DNA of 64,000 bases from Lachnospiraceae bacterium Phil5 (lineage in GTDB: Bacteria; Bacillota; Clostridia; TANB77; CAG-508), in contig NWBM01000002.1 in assembly GCA_002633185.1 (NCBI GenBank), positions 322,950-386,949 on the forward strand, written 5' to 3'. Below the pieces are notes generated by a model. It ran no database searches, was not told the DNA's origin, and saw nothing but the letters and a program-made list of their open reading frames with translations. Within the stretch, counting starts at the first letter, position 1. Each line of letters opens with the position of its first letter. Positions 12,764-23,795 of the stretch are shown one piece after another. Position numbers and translations under genes: made by a program.

Positions 12764-13558
12764 ATGAAGGGAAAACACGAAAGAAAATCAAATAAAATTC
12801 TTTTATTTTTTAGAATTATTTCAATTATAGTTATAATTGGATGTTTAATTTATATCGGTTATTGGTACTTAGAAAACAAGCGTAACTCTGATATGATAAA
12901 AAATCTTACCGAATCTAGTATTAAGGACACTGTTTATATTGATGTAAGAGTTACAGATTCTTCCGAAGATTCAGACGAAAATGTAATTAAAATACCTGTT
13001 TATGAACTGGATTTTGATAAATTATTTGCGGTAAATAACAATACTGTTGGATGGATAAAAGTTCCTAATACTACTATAGATTATCCTGTTGCAAAACATT
13101 CTGATAATTCATTTTATCTTAACCATTCTTTTGATAAATCTTGGAACTCTGCTGGTTGGATTTTTGCGGACTATAGAAATAAATTTGATGGAACTGATAA
13201 AAATATAATTATATATGGTCATAATAGAATGGATTCAAGTATGTTTGCCACATTGAAAAATACTCAAAGTCCTAGTTGGTATAACAATTCTACTAACAAA
13301 TATATTACTTTTACTAGCCCTAATGGTACACACGTTTATGAAGTTTTCTCTGTGTATACAATTAAGTCTGAAACATATTATTTAACAACTGATTTCTCAA
13401 GCAGAAAAGATTTTCTTAGTTTTATAAATACTTTAAAAAGAAGAAGTATTCATGATTTCGGCGTTAGTGTCTCTGAAACAGATTCAATTATAACACTTTC
13501 TACTTGTGATGCTACAGGTAAATCTAGAGTAATATTACATGCAAAACAAATAATGTAA
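12764..13558 (+). CDS. srtB: Class B sortase
   Basis: N-terminal TM; IDYPV, GWIFADYRN, IIYGHNR, TLSTC catalytic motif. Confidence 0.9.
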   Translation: MKGKHERKSNKILLFFRIISIIVIIGCLIYIGYWYLENKRNSDMIKNLTESSIKDTVYIDVRVTDSSEDSDENVIKIPVYELDFDKLFAVNNNTVGWIKVPNTTIDYPVAKHSDNSFYLNHSFDKSWNSAGWIFADYRNKFDGTDKNIIIYGHNRMDSSMFATLKNTQSPSWYNNSTNKYITFTSPNGTHVYEVFSVYTIKSETYYLTTDFSSRKDFLSFINTLKRRSIHDFGVSVSETDSIITLSTCDATGKSRVILHAKQIM

Positions 13559-13600
13559 AATAAAAAACAAAATGAATTAATTCATTTTGTTTTTTATTTT
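13557..13600. terminator. Perfect 44-bp palindrome, likely bidirectional terminator
   Basis: AAAATAAAAAACAAAATGAATT|AATTCATTTTGTTTTTTATTTT between convergent genes. Confidence 0.65.
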
Positions 13601-15135
13601 TATTTTATAACTATTGGATTTACTTTTACGCTAAAATCCACAGCATCTTTGTTTACTTCAAAGATAACAAAATTTCCATCATCATATATTTTATTATATT
13701 TGCTATCATTAGTACGCATTTTTAATCCATTTGAATTGTTTTCTGTAAATATAAAGTGTGTTATTCCATATTTTTCTATCATCTCTTCTGGAGTCATTGA
13801 TACCTCTAAATCAAAACGACCAAAATCTTTTAATATTTGTACATTGTTAAATTCTTCACAATATACTTCACTTCTGCTATCCATAAAGGTTGGTATTCCT
13901 TTGAATTCCATATATGATCCAAAATTAAAATGATTATACAATCTCATTTCTTTCATATCTATATTATTTAAAATAAATTCAGATGCCCCAACTGGATATG
14001 CTTTCTCATCAACATAGCTTTCTTTATAAATATATCTATAATTATCAATTGATAGTGCAATACACACTAGTAAAATTATTGCTAACAATCCATAACTGCT
14101 ATTCAGCTTATTATCTAATTTATCAAATAATTCTTGTTTATTATATGCTTCAATATAAGATGTTATTAGACTCGCTATTGGGAATGCAAGAACAACAAGA
14201 GCTATAAATAAGTTTCTTACAGCTAAAGTTGACATTATTACTAATCCTATAACAAGACACGCATCTGTGAATTTGATTTTTGTTTTTGTTATGCTTAATA
14301 CTCCTAAAACAATTGTTATTACAGTTAATAATTCCTTACTATCATGTATTTTTTGCTTTTGAAGTTCTAAAATTATTTTGCTTGAATATCCCCCCATTAC
14401 CTTAAACATATATGTGAAAGGCGATAGTTTTAGTGGTGTGCAGAATCCTGTTAATAAAACAATTCCCATTGTTATAAATAAGAGTTTCATACTTTCTTTA
14501 CTTCTTTCTTCAAGCACAAATTTTTCAGTTTTTTCAACAACATTGTGAACTTTTATTTTGTTTAATATCCATTCTAATATATATGGCATATAGAAAATAA
14601 AGTGTGCAAGCCATACTGATGAATGGAATGTTAGTATTAAAAATGATGTTATAACCAGATAAACACTGTATTTTTTCTTTCCAGTATCCAGGAGCATTTG
14701 TATTGAATATATTTCAAATATAAAGAACAAATATGACATTATCTGTCCCCTACATTTTAAGCATTCTCTCATACACATTACAATAAATATTGTAACTAAA
14801 AATGCCACTATTGGATTATTTTTTCTTTTTATTAAAGTTATAAACATTGTTAAGCCTATTGCTATAGACATCAATATTACAAATACATATAATCCTGTGA
14901 ATCCTGCTACATTGTATGTTAATGCAACTACAATATCAAAACCCCATCTTAACTTTGTAAATTTTAAATTTTCATGCCATGTAAATGGTTCATCTTCGTT
15001 TACTCCATGTTGAAGTATATAATTTCCTGTCGGAATAGTAAAATACGTATCATTTTCAAATCTTTTATGAATTACTGTTGCTGTTAAAATGGCAACACAA
15101 ATTGCTAATATACATATTAATTTCTTATTTTTCAT
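13600..15135 (-). CDS. Multi-pass membrane protein, GT-C fold glycosyltransferase-like
   Basis: ENDTYF...G.YI early loop, many TM helices, C-terminal YN..NFGSY...FMDSR.E motif. Confidence 0.65.
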   Translation of the reverse strand: MKNKKLICILAICVAILTATVIHKRFENDTYFTIPTGNYILQHGVNEDEPFTWHENLKFTKLRWGFDIVVALTYNVAGFTGLYVFVILMSIAIGLTMFITLIKRKNNPIVAFLVTIFIVMCMRECLKCRGQIMSYLFFIFEIYSIQMLLDTGKKKYSVYLVITSFLILTFHSSVWLAHFIFYMPYILEWILNKIKVHNVVEKTEKFVLEERSKESMKLLFITMGIVLLTGFCTPLKLSPFTYMFKVMGGYSSKIILELQKQKIHDSKELLTVITIVLGVLSITKTKIKFTDACLVIGLVIMSTLAVRNLFIALVVLAFPIASLITSYIEAYNKQELFDKLDNKLNSSYGLLAIILLVCIALSIDNYRYIYKESYVDEKAYPVGASEFILNNIDMKEMRLYNHFNFGSYMEFKGIPTFMDSRSEVYCEEFNNVQILKDFGRFDLEVSMTPEEMIEKYGITHFIFTENNSNGLKMRTNDSKYNKIYDDGNFVIFEVNKDAVDFSVKVNPIVIK

Positions 15136-15174
15136 TTTAATCTCCTTTAATTATAATAATATTTTTAAAATTTT

Positions 15175-15423
15175 TTATCTCAAAAAATAAAATTTTATTT
15201 CCAATACTATTACAACTATCAGCAATATTTGCAATATTAGAATTGTTAGTACTTTCACTGGTTTTGGCAAATCTCTTAATGTTGTATAAACAAACTGCCA
15301 AAAATCGGTTCTAATTATTACTATACAAAATATTATAAACAAAGCGCATACTGCTACACTTACTGTAAAATTCATATCTTCCCCTCCATTTTCTTTTGCA
15401 TTTACAATTTCATTATAAAACAA
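15175..15423 (-). CDS. Small membrane protein (likely start at internal MNFTV)
   Basis: Two hydrophobic helices; GGAGGGG RBS before internal Met. Confidence 0.55.
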   Translation of the reverse strand: MFYNEIVNAKENGGEDMNFTVSVAVCALFIIFCIVIIRTDFWQFVYTTLRDLPKPVKVLTILILQILLIVVIVLEIKFYFLR

Positions 15424-15503
15424 TAATTATTATTTCACAATAGTATATATTTATTTTTTTGTGAAACACTATATTTATAAAATTTAGTGGAGGATTTTTA
15501 AGA

Positions 15504-16133
15504 ATGAAAATATTAATTTTAATTACATTATTTATATCTGCTTCTTTTCTTTTTAGTGGATGTAGTATTTCTGATAAGATAAATTCTAACAAACCAAGTG
15601 ACATTATTAATTCTTCAGAAAACTCTTTTAATAATGATTCAAAAGCATCCCCTTATGATAATAGTTCTAATGAATCTAAAGAAACACAAATAGCTTCATT
15701 TTCAACACCTCTTAAATCTGGAAGTCCAAATAGAATTGTAAATATTAAATTAACTTGTAATAAGATAAATGAATATGTATTAAAAAAAGGATATACGTTT
15801 TCATTTAATCAAATTGTTGGACCATGCACAGCTGAAGAAGGATATTTAGAATCTGAAATATTTGTAAACAAAGAAATAAAATATGCCCTAGGCGGTGGCA
15901 ATTGCCAAGTAAGCACAACTTTATATAATGCATGCCTACAAGCTGAAGGAATTATTATTGTAGAAAGACACGAACACGGTCGTGATGTTGATTATATAGA
16001 AGATGGGAAAGATGCTACTGTTTCATATAATACTGTCGACTTTAAATTTAGAAACGATACTGAAAATGATATAAAATTATTTACTTCTTGTGATGACAAA
16101 AATGTTTATGCTAGCATTAGTAAAATTGAATAG
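15504..16133 (+). CDS. VanW family lipoprotein
   Basis: Lipobox FSGC; FSFNQIVGP, GGGNCQVSTTLYNA, G.DATV. Confidence 0.9.
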   Translation: MKILILITLFISASFLFSGCSISDKINSNKPSDIINSSENSFNNDSKASPYDNSSNESKETQIASFSTPLKSGSPNRIVNIKLTCNKINEYVLKKGYTFSFNQIVGPCTAEEGYLESEIFVNKEIKYALGGGNCQVSTTLYNACLQAEGIIIVERHEHGRDVDYIEDGKDATVSYNTVDFKFRNDTENDIKLFTSCDDKNVYASISKIE

Positions 16134-16161
16134 AGTTTTTGGATGTGTCCCAAAAACTCTA
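16131..16161. repeat. Short REP-like palindrome/terminator (GGGACACC family)
   Basis: TAGAGTTTTTGG-atgtgtc-CCAAAAACTCTA; ends provide both convergent stop codons. Confidence 0.7.
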
Positions 16162-17967
16162 CTCAATATTTTTTTGCTCGTAGTGAATTTGTATGTCTTT
16201 TATGATATATCTTGGTTTTAGCTTATATAAATACAGAACATCACTTGCTTCAAGATATGGAATTTCATCAACAGTGTATGATCTAATTTTTTCCAACTCA
16301 AAACCATCTCCATATAAGTATAAATATTTTATTTTAAACATTTTTTTATTTATTAAAACATATATATCCTTATTGTTTTCTAATATTTCTTCATGTTGTT
16401 TTTTTGCCTTTTCGCTTGAACTATACAACTGCTTCTGCAAATTATAAATTGGAACATCTTTTTCTCTTAAAATTTGTGTTAAAGCGCTGTCATCTCCATC
16501 TACTCCCCAAACTCCGTCTATTTTTATTGTTATTCCATTTCTATCTTTAAAAACATATTTATAATTATTAGCTACTTGCTTCAAATCAACTTCTGTTATG
16601 ATACTTAATGCAAAAATCCAAACAAGAAATATAGATACTAATGCAAAAAACACATAAATCATTTCTTTTTCTATCGAACTCAAAAATTTTCTTCTTATGA
16701 AATATGCCAATTTATTTATAAGTACCCCAATAATCAATGAATACAACACTGGTATAATTAGTCCATATCTCATATAGCCATATAAAAATTGTACCCACAA
16801 AAAAGTCATAATAATAGCTATTATTGATATCAAAAATAATTCTTTATTTCTTTTTTTCCATTTAATGGCTCCATATATTAAATATAACAATGATATAACA
16901 TATCCAATTGCCCATATTGGATCTGTAAGAATAAATCTATCTCCATAACCATCTTTTGACAAACTTGTATATATTGGCCAAATTAATTTATACTTCCAAT
17001 TTGGAATTCCAAATAAAGGTTCTACCCATGAATAATTGCCAAAATATTCTGATTTTAAAATATTGTTATAAAATGGATATAAAGGACTTCCTGTTTGTAT
17101 TATGTTGTCAATTATATAAATTATAAATGGTATTATAAATATTATTGCCGCTACTAAATATACGGGAACACTTTTTAATTTTAGTTGTTTTCTTCTTTTT
17201 ATTAAAAATATTAAAAATACTGGGAAAATTAAAATTAAATTTGGCAACTTAATTCCAGTTAAGATTCCTGTTAAAGCAGTTAGATACCATATTTTTGATT
17301 TGTCAGCAAAGCAATCTTTTTCAGTTAATAAAAAATATATTATTCCCAATGTGAAGGCAACAGAAAATGTATCAATATAATAAAATCCTGTCCATTGCCT
17401 TAATATGAACGATGTCCAACACAAAATTGCTAAAAAAGAGTTTAGTTTTCTCTTACCTGTTATATGATTTAAAACATTCTTAAATTGATAAAATATAACA
17501 ATAATTGAATAATATGATATTATTGTTCCCAATCTATATCCTAAAAGATATCTTGCAATATAATGCATTCTATCTCCTAGCGGAAAAAGAAATCCATTAA
17601 ATGTCTTTCCAGCGAAAAAATCAAAATTTATTTTATCTATTCTAATATTTTCTTGCAAATATATATGATAATTAATTGTATCGTATGTTGTATCTGGAAT
17701 TGCGATTCTTAGTGCAGCCAGAATAATTACCATCAAAATAAAGACAATATCATACCATTCAAAGTCTGATTTTATTGTTATAATTTTTTTCTTAATTATA
17801 AAAAAGTTAGTTACCACAAGAATTATTGTAGAAATAATTAAAGAAATACCATAATTTATTCCTGTTAAATATACTGCATAATCATTAATAATTGCACAGA
17901 TTGCTATGTTCAATAGCACCCAAAAATGTACGTTTATATTTTTAATTTTTGTATTTTCGATTTTCAT
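16159..17967 (-). CDS. Multi-pass membrane protein, GT-C fold glycosyltransferase-like
   Basis: PD..YDTINYH loop, many TMs, TG.P.YPFYN..K motif. Confidence 0.65.
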   Translation of the reverse strand: MKIENTKIKNINVHFWVLLNIAICAIINDYAVYLTGINYGISLIISTIILVVTNFFIIKKKIITIKSDFEWYDIVFILMVIILAALRIAIPDTTYDTINYHIYLQENIRIDKINFDFFAGKTFNGFLFPLGDRMHYIARYLLGYRLGTIISYYSIIVIFYQFKNVLNHITGKRKLNSFLAILCWTSFILRQWTGFYYIDTFSVAFTLGIIYFLLTEKDCFADKSKIWYLTALTGILTGIKLPNLILIFPVFLIFLIKRRKQLKLKSVPVYLVAAIIFIIPFIIYIIDNIIQTGSPLYPFYNNILKSEYFGNYSWVEPLFGIPNWKYKLIWPIYTSLSKDGYGDRFILTDPIWAIGYVISLLYLIYGAIKWKKRNKELFLISIIAIIMTFLWVQFLYGYMRYGLIIPVLYSLIIGVLINKLAYFIRRKFLSSIEKEMIYVFFALVSIFLVWIFALSIITEVDLKQVANNYKYVFKDRNGITIKIDGVWGVDGDDSALTQILREKDVPIYNLQKQLYSSSEKAKKQHEEILENNKDIYVLINKKMFKIKYLYLYGDGFELEKIRSYTVDEIPYLEASDVLYLYKLKPRYIIKDIQIHYEQKNIE

Positions 17968-18071
17968 TTTTTTACCCCGTTATCTTAAATTTTTCTTTTG
18001 TTTTATATTTTTATAAAAGACATTTTTATTATAGTTTAAGTAGTTGTATTTAGCAAGTATATTTGAATAAT

Positions 18072-18108
18072 TTTTTTGGGACACCTCCAAAAAATCTCCC
18101 AAAAAATC
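18072..18108 (+). repeat. GGGACACC family repeat, 37-bp copy
   Basis: TTTTTTGGGACACCTCCAAAAAATCTCCCAAAAAATC identical to 30409-30445. Confidence 0.85.
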
Positions 18109-18117
18109 TGTTCAAAA

Positions 18118-19380
18118 TTATTTTCTGCAAAGACTAAACCATTTCTGATAAACCAGCTTCGTTATTTGTGCAAATGTTTCTTTCTCTATGTCTTTTTCAG
18201 CTATAATATTAACAGTTGACACAGTGTTGTTGTCAATGCTATATATTACTGTCCCTATTTTTTGATTTGCTTTCACGGGTGCCTGAATGTTTTTATCAAT
18301 TTGAATATTTTGCACTACTTCCCCTTCTTTTCCTTTTTTTACTAGTACTCCTGCATTTGATTGCAATACAGCTTTAACGCTTTTTTCTATTCCTTTTGAT
18401 ACATTTACGTCCGCAATTACATCTCCTTTATTTGCGAGCTGTTTGTATGAATAGTTTTTAAATCCATAATCTAACAATGTTCTTGCATTTTTGAATCGTA
18501 AATCACTTGTTGGAGCTTTCATTACTACAGCTATTAATGATAAATTGTCTCTTGTTGCGCTTGCTGATAAATTGTATAAAGCAAGTGATGTTGAACCTGT
18601 TTTTAAACCTGTTGCTCCATTGTAGTTTCTTATTAGTTTGTTTGTGTTGACTAGTTGAGATGTGCCGTTTCTTAGTGAATCCATATATACTGTTGTATAA
18701 TTTGTTACTCCTGGATGATTCAGTAATAATTCTCTTGACATTAGTGCAATATCATAACTTGATGTTACATGTCCGTCTTCATCTATTCCATGACAGTTTT
18801 TGAAGCAGGTATCGTTCATTCCTAGTTGTTTTGCCCTTTCGTTCATTTTGGTTACAAATGCTTCTTCTGAGCCTGATATGTATTCTGCCATGGCTACTAC
18901 ACAGTCATTGGCTGATACTATGCAGATTGCTTTTAGCATTTCGTTTACTGTTAGTGTCTCTTTTGTATCTAGCCATATTTGCGAACCGCCCATTGAGGCT
19001 GCGTTTTGGCTACATGGTACTTGGTCTTCTATTGTTATTTGTCCTGATTCTAGGGCTTCGAATATTAGCAAAATGCTCATTAGTTTTGTTACACTTGCTG
19101 GGCGAAGTTGCTCATGTGCATTTTTTTCGTATAGCACTTGGCCACTGTTTTGCTCTATTAGGATTGCAGATTCGCAGTCTAGATTAAGTTCATCTTTTAT
19201 AGTTTTATCCACATTCTCTCCTTCTGCTTGACTATTTGTCTCAATTGCATCAGAATTATTAATTACAGTCCACTCATAATTTTCTGCTCTCGATACTAAA
19301 AATATTGAAAAAATCAAATATATAACTAGCGTTAAACCTATTACTTTTTTTGAAACTTTCTTTATGTATTTAAAAAGCAT
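18118..19380 (-). CDS. dacF: D-alanyl-D-alanine carboxypeptidase (DacF-like)
   Basis: PASVTK, SAND, KTG motifs; GGSQIWL; PBP5 C-domain. Confidence 0.85.
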   Translation of the reverse strand: MLFKYIKKVSKKVIGLTLVIYLIFSIFLVSRAENYEWTVINNSDAIETNSQAEGENVDKTIKDELNLDCESAILIEQNSGQVLYEKNAHEQLRPASVTKLMSILLIFEALESGQITIEDQVPCSQNAASMGGSQIWLDTKETLTVNEMLKAICIVSANDCVVAMAEYISGSEEAFVTKMNERAKQLGMNDTCFKNCHGIDEDGHVTSSYDIALMSRELLLNHPGVTNYTTVYMDSLRNGTSQLVNTNKLIRNYNGATGLKTGSTSLALYNLSASATRDNLSLIAVVMKAPTSDLRFKNARTLLDYGFKNYSYKQLANKGDVIADVNVSKGIEKSVKAVLQSNAGVLVKKGKEGEVVQNIQIDKNIQAPVKANQKIGTVIYSIDNNTVSTVNIIAEKDIEKETFAQITKLVYQKWFSLCRK

Positions 19381-19472
19381 ATATCATACCTCACTTTCAT
19401 TTTGTATAATATATGCTTATTTATAATATTTATTCTTTATGTTTAAAACAGTAACTTTTCCCCAATTGTTCC

Positions 19473-21416
19473 TTATTTTGCTAAAGTTTCAATTTCTTCA
19501 ACAATATTTTTTACAAACTCATCTAATGCAACTGCTCCAACATCTCCGTCTTTTCTTGAACGAACTCCAACTGTTTTAGATTGAACCTCTTTGTCTCCTA
19601 TTACAAGCATGTATGGAACTTTTTCAAGTTGTGCTTCACGAATTTTGTATCCTATTTTTTCATTTCTGTCATCTAATTCAACACGTACTTTGTGTTTTCT
19701 TAGAATATCTGCTACTTCGTTTGCATATTCTAATTGATTGTCTGTTATATTTAGAATTTTAACTTGAACTGGTGCAAGCCATGTTGGTAGATTTCCTTTT
19801 GTTTCTTCTAATAAGAATGACATAAATCTGTCTGATGTTCCCAGTATTGCTCTGTGGATTACAACTGGTCTATGCTTTTCTCCATCTTCCCCAATATATG
19901 ATAAATCAAATCTTTCTGGTAAAGCGAAGTCTAATTGACATGTTGGTATTGTAACATCATGATTTAATGCTGTCTTTATTTGAATATCAATCTTTGGTCC
20001 ATAGAAGGCTGCTTCTCCTTTTGCTTCGTAGAATTCTATGTTCAATTCTTTTAATATTGCTCTTAATTGGCTTTCTGCCGTCTCCCACATTTCATCATTA
20101 TCTATATATTTCTCTATATTGTCTTTATCTCTTAATGATAATCTGTATTTAAATGCATCTGGTGAGAATCCAAAGTCTTTTTGATAAACTTCTTTTATTA
20201 AGTTTAATACTTTTCCAACCTCTTCTTTAATTTGATCTGGTCTTACAAATAAGTGTGCATCATTTTGACACATTTGACGCACTCTTTCAAGTCCGCAAAC
20301 TGCACCGCTGTTTTCATATCTGAAATCGTGTGCTAACTCTCCTATTTTTATTGGTAAATCTCTGTATGAATGTAATTCATTTTTATATACTAACATGTGA
20401 TGTGGACAGTTCATTGGTCTTAAAACTAACTCTTCTTCATCCATTTTCATCATTGGGAACATATCATCTTTGTAGTGATCCCAGTGTCCACTTGTTTTGT
20501 ATAAATCTACATTTGCAAGTGATGGTGTATATACATGCCAATATCCTAATGCTAATTCTTTGTCTTGGATATATCTTTCTAAAGTTCTTCTTATTGTTGC
20601 ACCTTTTGGTAAATATAGTGGAAGACCTGCCCCTACTAATTTATGTGTCATAAATAATTTTAAGTCTTTTCCTATTTTTCTGTGATCTCTTTCTTTAGCT
20701 TCTTCTAATAATTGAAGATGTTCTTCAAGCTGACTTGCCTTTGGGAAAGATATTGCATAAATTCTTTGTAGCATTTTATTTTTTTCACTACCTCTCCAGT
20801 ATGCACCAGATGAACTTAGAATCTTAACAGCTTTTACTTTTCCTGTGCTCATTAAATGTGGACCTGCACATAAGTCTGTGAAATCTCCTTGTTTATAGAA
20901 ACTTATTTCTTCACCTTCAGCTAAATCATTGATTAATTCTTGTTTATATGGTTCATCTTTCATTAATTCTAAAGCTTCTGCTTTTGGAAGATTAAATCTT
21001 TCAATAGGTAAATCTTCTTTAATTATTTTTTTCATTTCCTCTTCAATTTTTGCTTTGTCTTCTTCTGAAAATGGAACCTCAACATCAAAATCATAATAGA
21101 AACCTTCATCAATAGCTGGTCCTATTGCTAATTTTGCCTCTGGGAATAATCTTTTAATAGCTTGTGCCATTATATGAGAAGTTGTATGCCAATATGCCTT
21201 TTTACCTTCTTTGTCATCATCTTCTGAATCAAAAGTTAAAATTTCAAGTTTGCAATCTTCATTAATAATTGTTCTTAAATCTTTAACCTCTCCGTTAATT
21301 TTTCCGCAAGTTGCAACTCTTGCCAATCCTTCGCTTATGCCTTGTGCAATTTCATAAATTGATTTTCCCGACTCTACTTCTTTTACTGAGCCATCTTTTA
21401 GTTCTAGTTTAATCAT
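19473..21416 (-). CDS. thrS: Threonine--tRNA ligase
   Basis: TGS domain, DLCAGPH, RDHRKIG, PMNCPHH, AFYGPKID, HRAILG. Confidence 0.98.
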   Translation of the reverse strand: MIKLELKDGSVKEVESGKSIYEIAQGISEGLARVATCGKINGEVKDLRTIINEDCKLEILTFDSEDDDKEGKKAYWHTTSHIMAQAIKRLFPEAKLAIGPAIDEGFYYDFDVEVPFSEEDKAKIEEEMKKIIKEDLPIERFNLPKAEALELMKDEPYKQELINDLAEGEEISFYKQGDFTDLCAGPHLMSTGKVKAVKILSSSGAYWRGSEKNKMLQRIYAISFPKASQLEEHLQLLEEAKERDHRKIGKDLKLFMTHKLVGAGLPLYLPKGATIRRTLERYIQDKELALGYWHVYTPSLANVDLYKTSGHWDHYKDDMFPMMKMDEEELVLRPMNCPHHMLVYKNELHSYRDLPIKIGELAHDFRYENSGAVCGLERVRQMCQNDAHLFVRPDQIKEEVGKVLNLIKEVYQKDFGFSPDAFKYRLSLRDKDNIEKYIDNDEMWETAESQLRAILKELNIEFYEAKGEAAFYGPKIDIQIKTALNHDVTIPTCQLDFALPERFDLSYIGEDGEKHRPVVIHRAILGTSDRFMSFLLEETKGNLPTWLAPVQVKILNITDNQLEYANEVADILRKHKVRVELDDRNEKIGYKIREAQLEKVPYMLVIGDKEVQSKTVGVRSRKDGDVGAVALDEFVKNIVEEIETLAK

Positions 21417-21447
21417 AAAAAAACCTCCTTTTCTTTTTTCAATACAA

Positions 21448-21695
21448 AAGCACTCCTATAAATGCAGAATACTTTTGCATTTATAGGAGTGCTATATTAT
21501 TTATAATTATAACACGGTTCCATCCTATTTTTTACTCAATTAATACTTTTAACGCAAGTAATACGTCTAGGTTTATGGCCTAGCAACAATGAGGTAGTTT
21601 TTCAAATATGCTCTTCTAGATTAGCTTTCAGCCGGTGACTAATCCTCTCTTTTGATAGCTTTTATTTTACTTTGTCTCATTTTTGTTTTTGATAT
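21448..21695 (-). promoter_or_regulatory. Thr T-box riboswitch leader of thrS
   Basis: AGAGAGG..GCTGAAA stem I motifs, ACC specifier (21593-21595), AAATAGGATGGAACCGTG T-box, terminator 21450-21492, TTGACA-16-TATAAT promoter 21702-21729. Confidence 0.9.
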
Positions 21696-21968
21696 AATAT
21701 AATTATACGCTTTTTTTACATTTTGTCAACTATATTTTTTTGTATTTTTTATAATATGATTGAAATAACAGGTATATCACTTGATTTTTGGTTATTATTA
21801 TGTTAATATGTTGTTATTAAAAGCTGGTTTTCCCAGCCAATATAATAGGAGTTGGTATTGAATTATATAGTTGTTCTGTATTATTCATATATACCAACAA
21901 GGCTCATGTAGATTGCATTAGGAAACTAAAGCAAAATACGCAACATAATTAAAAGGAGGTCTACCATT

Positions 21969-22460
21969 ATGAAAGCTCGGTCTGCAATCATTTTTCTCGC
22001 TTCTATTACTACTATAGCAGCTGGAGCAACTGCAGGATCTTTTGCTTCAAAAAAGCTCATTCCGTGCCTTAAAGCTTCAAAAATCTGGGATAAAACGTAC
22101 AAGAATCATCCGTACACAAACACAGGCAAAGTGGTTAAAACATTCCGTAAATACTACTTTGTTGCAACTGACGGGGAAAGTTTTCTTCTTTTAGATGATA
22201 CTATCTTTCCGCCAAAAGGTTATCCCGAGTGGATTGAAGATGGATTTGCTGAAGTTCTTCTTAAGCGTGATATTCCGTATAGCATTGAAAACAAAGGACT
22301 TTTTGCAGCAAAGTATCTCACTCTCCGTTTGCCCAATACTGTAAAGCAGGAAATCAATGTTCTTGGAAAAGCGTTGTTCGAATTTCCGGAAATGTTTACT
22401 CGAGAGCAGCAGGAGCAGATTCGCACTGCAATGATTTGCCGGCTGCTTAAGCTGGTATAA
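21969..22460 (+). CDS. Orphan hypothetical protein with hydrophobic N-terminus
   Basis: AAAGGAGGT RBS, own terminator, atypical codon usage. Confidence 0.7.
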   Translation: MKARSAIIFLASITTIAAGATAGSFASKKLIPCLKASKIWDKTYKNHPYTNTGKVVKTFRKYYFVATDGESFLLLDDTIFPPKGYPEWIEDGFAEVLLKRDIPYSIENKGLFAAKYLTLRLPNTVKQEINVLGKALFEFPEMFTREQQEQIRTAMICRLLKLV

Positions 22461-22499
22461 GGTACAAGACATATAAACTCACAAAATTGTATAAGCCTG

Positions 22500-22539
22500 A
22501 AATTCCCCGCACATTTTTTATGTGTGGGGAATTTTTTTT
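22500..22539 (+). terminator. Intrinsic terminator
   Basis: AAATTCCCCGCACAT..ATGTGTGGGGAATTT plus T-tract. Confidence 0.8.
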
Positions 22540-22579
22540 AATTACTCATATTTTATTCTTACTTTTTTTATGCAATTTT

Positions 22580-23773
22580 TTAGCCTACGCTAATCTTGCC
22601 ATAAACTCCGCCACCACCGGCTTGAATGTCTACATTTCCATTACATGCATTATAAATATTATTTGCAACTTTTGCTCCTACTACACCTTCAATATCATCT
22701 TTAGACATTTTGTGTAAAACATTCATTTCTGTTTCGAAGTTTCCTAATAATTTATCTATTACTTTTGGACCAACTCCTGGTATAAATTGTAGTGGAATTT
22801 GGTATATGTATGGTGGTCTAAAATCTGGACTTTTTGTTGTTGGTTTGTCTTTAATTACTTCTATTCTATCAAAAACCCCCATTGTAATATTAGAACTATC
22901 GCAATCTGGACATAAAAGAACTGGTGCTGGTCCTTCAATTCTTTTATCACATTTTTCGCAATATGTTCTATGATATTTTCCAAGTTTTGGATCTAATCCG
23001 TAATTTGCTAAAATCTTTCTTCCATCTTCCCTTTTAATTGCTTTCATAAGCTCTTTAAAGCTGATATCTTCGACTAAAATTTTATTGTATTCTCTTGCTA
23101 TTTTAGGTAGAGAATGTGCATCAGAATTTGTTAAAAATGATTTATTTTCAAGTTCTGATATTTCATCAGCTAAAAATGTATCTGAGCTCAAACCTAACTC
23201 TATTGCTGGAATTCTGCCATATTTCTCTTTAAAAATTCTTTTCATACTTTGTGTACAATTTCCATAATAGCTTTTATGTGGTGTAAATGCATGTGCAGGA
23301 ATTAGAACACCATTGTATTTTTCTACTATATCGATTAATTCGTATCCAGAAATATTTGCTCTTTGTGAGCTTAGAGTAATATTTTTTATATGTGTACTCA
23401 TTTCTTTTGAAAATGCTTTTATATCTTTTAATGTTGGAAAATAACATAAGTTATGAGCACTTCCTGTTTTTCCTTGTTCATTTATTTCAGATGTTTCTAT
23501 TTCGCTTCCTAAAATGATGCAAACCTTATCTTTGTAAATAATTCCACCATCTTTTATTTCATAAGCATCTCCTGTTTTCAAGAAGTTTTCTATATCTTCT
23601 ATAACATAAGGAGAAGCACAATCTATTATTCCTACTACATTTATTCCTTTTCTGTCTGCGCATTCCTTAGCTATGTTTGCAAAATTCAAAGATTTTGCTG
23701 CTGTTATTTTAATTGGTTTTCCGTTTTCTGATCTACCTATGTGTACGTGTAAATCTGCGAATATTTCGTTCAT
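22580..23773 (-). CDS. PHP-domain endonuclease Q family protein (TIGR00375/YqxK-like)
   Basis: DLHVH, PAHAFTP, ELGLSSD, NSDAHS, GKYH..C..C Zn ribbon, GGGGVYG. Confidence 0.9.
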   Translation of the reverse strand: MNEIFADLHVHIGRSENGKPIKITAAKSLNFANIAKECADRKGINVVGIIDCASPYVIEDIENFLKTGDAYEIKDGGIIYKDKVCIILGSEIETSEINEQGKTGSAHNLCYFPTLKDIKAFSKEMSTHIKNITLSSQRANISGYELIDIVEKYNGVLIPAHAFTPHKSYYGNCTQSMKRIFKEKYGRIPAIELGLSSDTFLADEISELENKSFLTNSDAHSLPKIAREYNKILVEDISFKELMKAIKREDGRKILANYGLDPKLGKYHRTYCEKCDKRIEGPAPVLLCPDCDSSNITMGVFDRIEVIKDKPTTKSPDFRPPYIYQIPLQFIPGVGPKVIDKLLGNFETEMNVLHKMSKDDIEGVVGAKVANNIYNACNGNVDIQAGGGGVYGKISVG

Positions 23774-23795
23774 TTTTTTCTCCTTTCTTTTGTTT

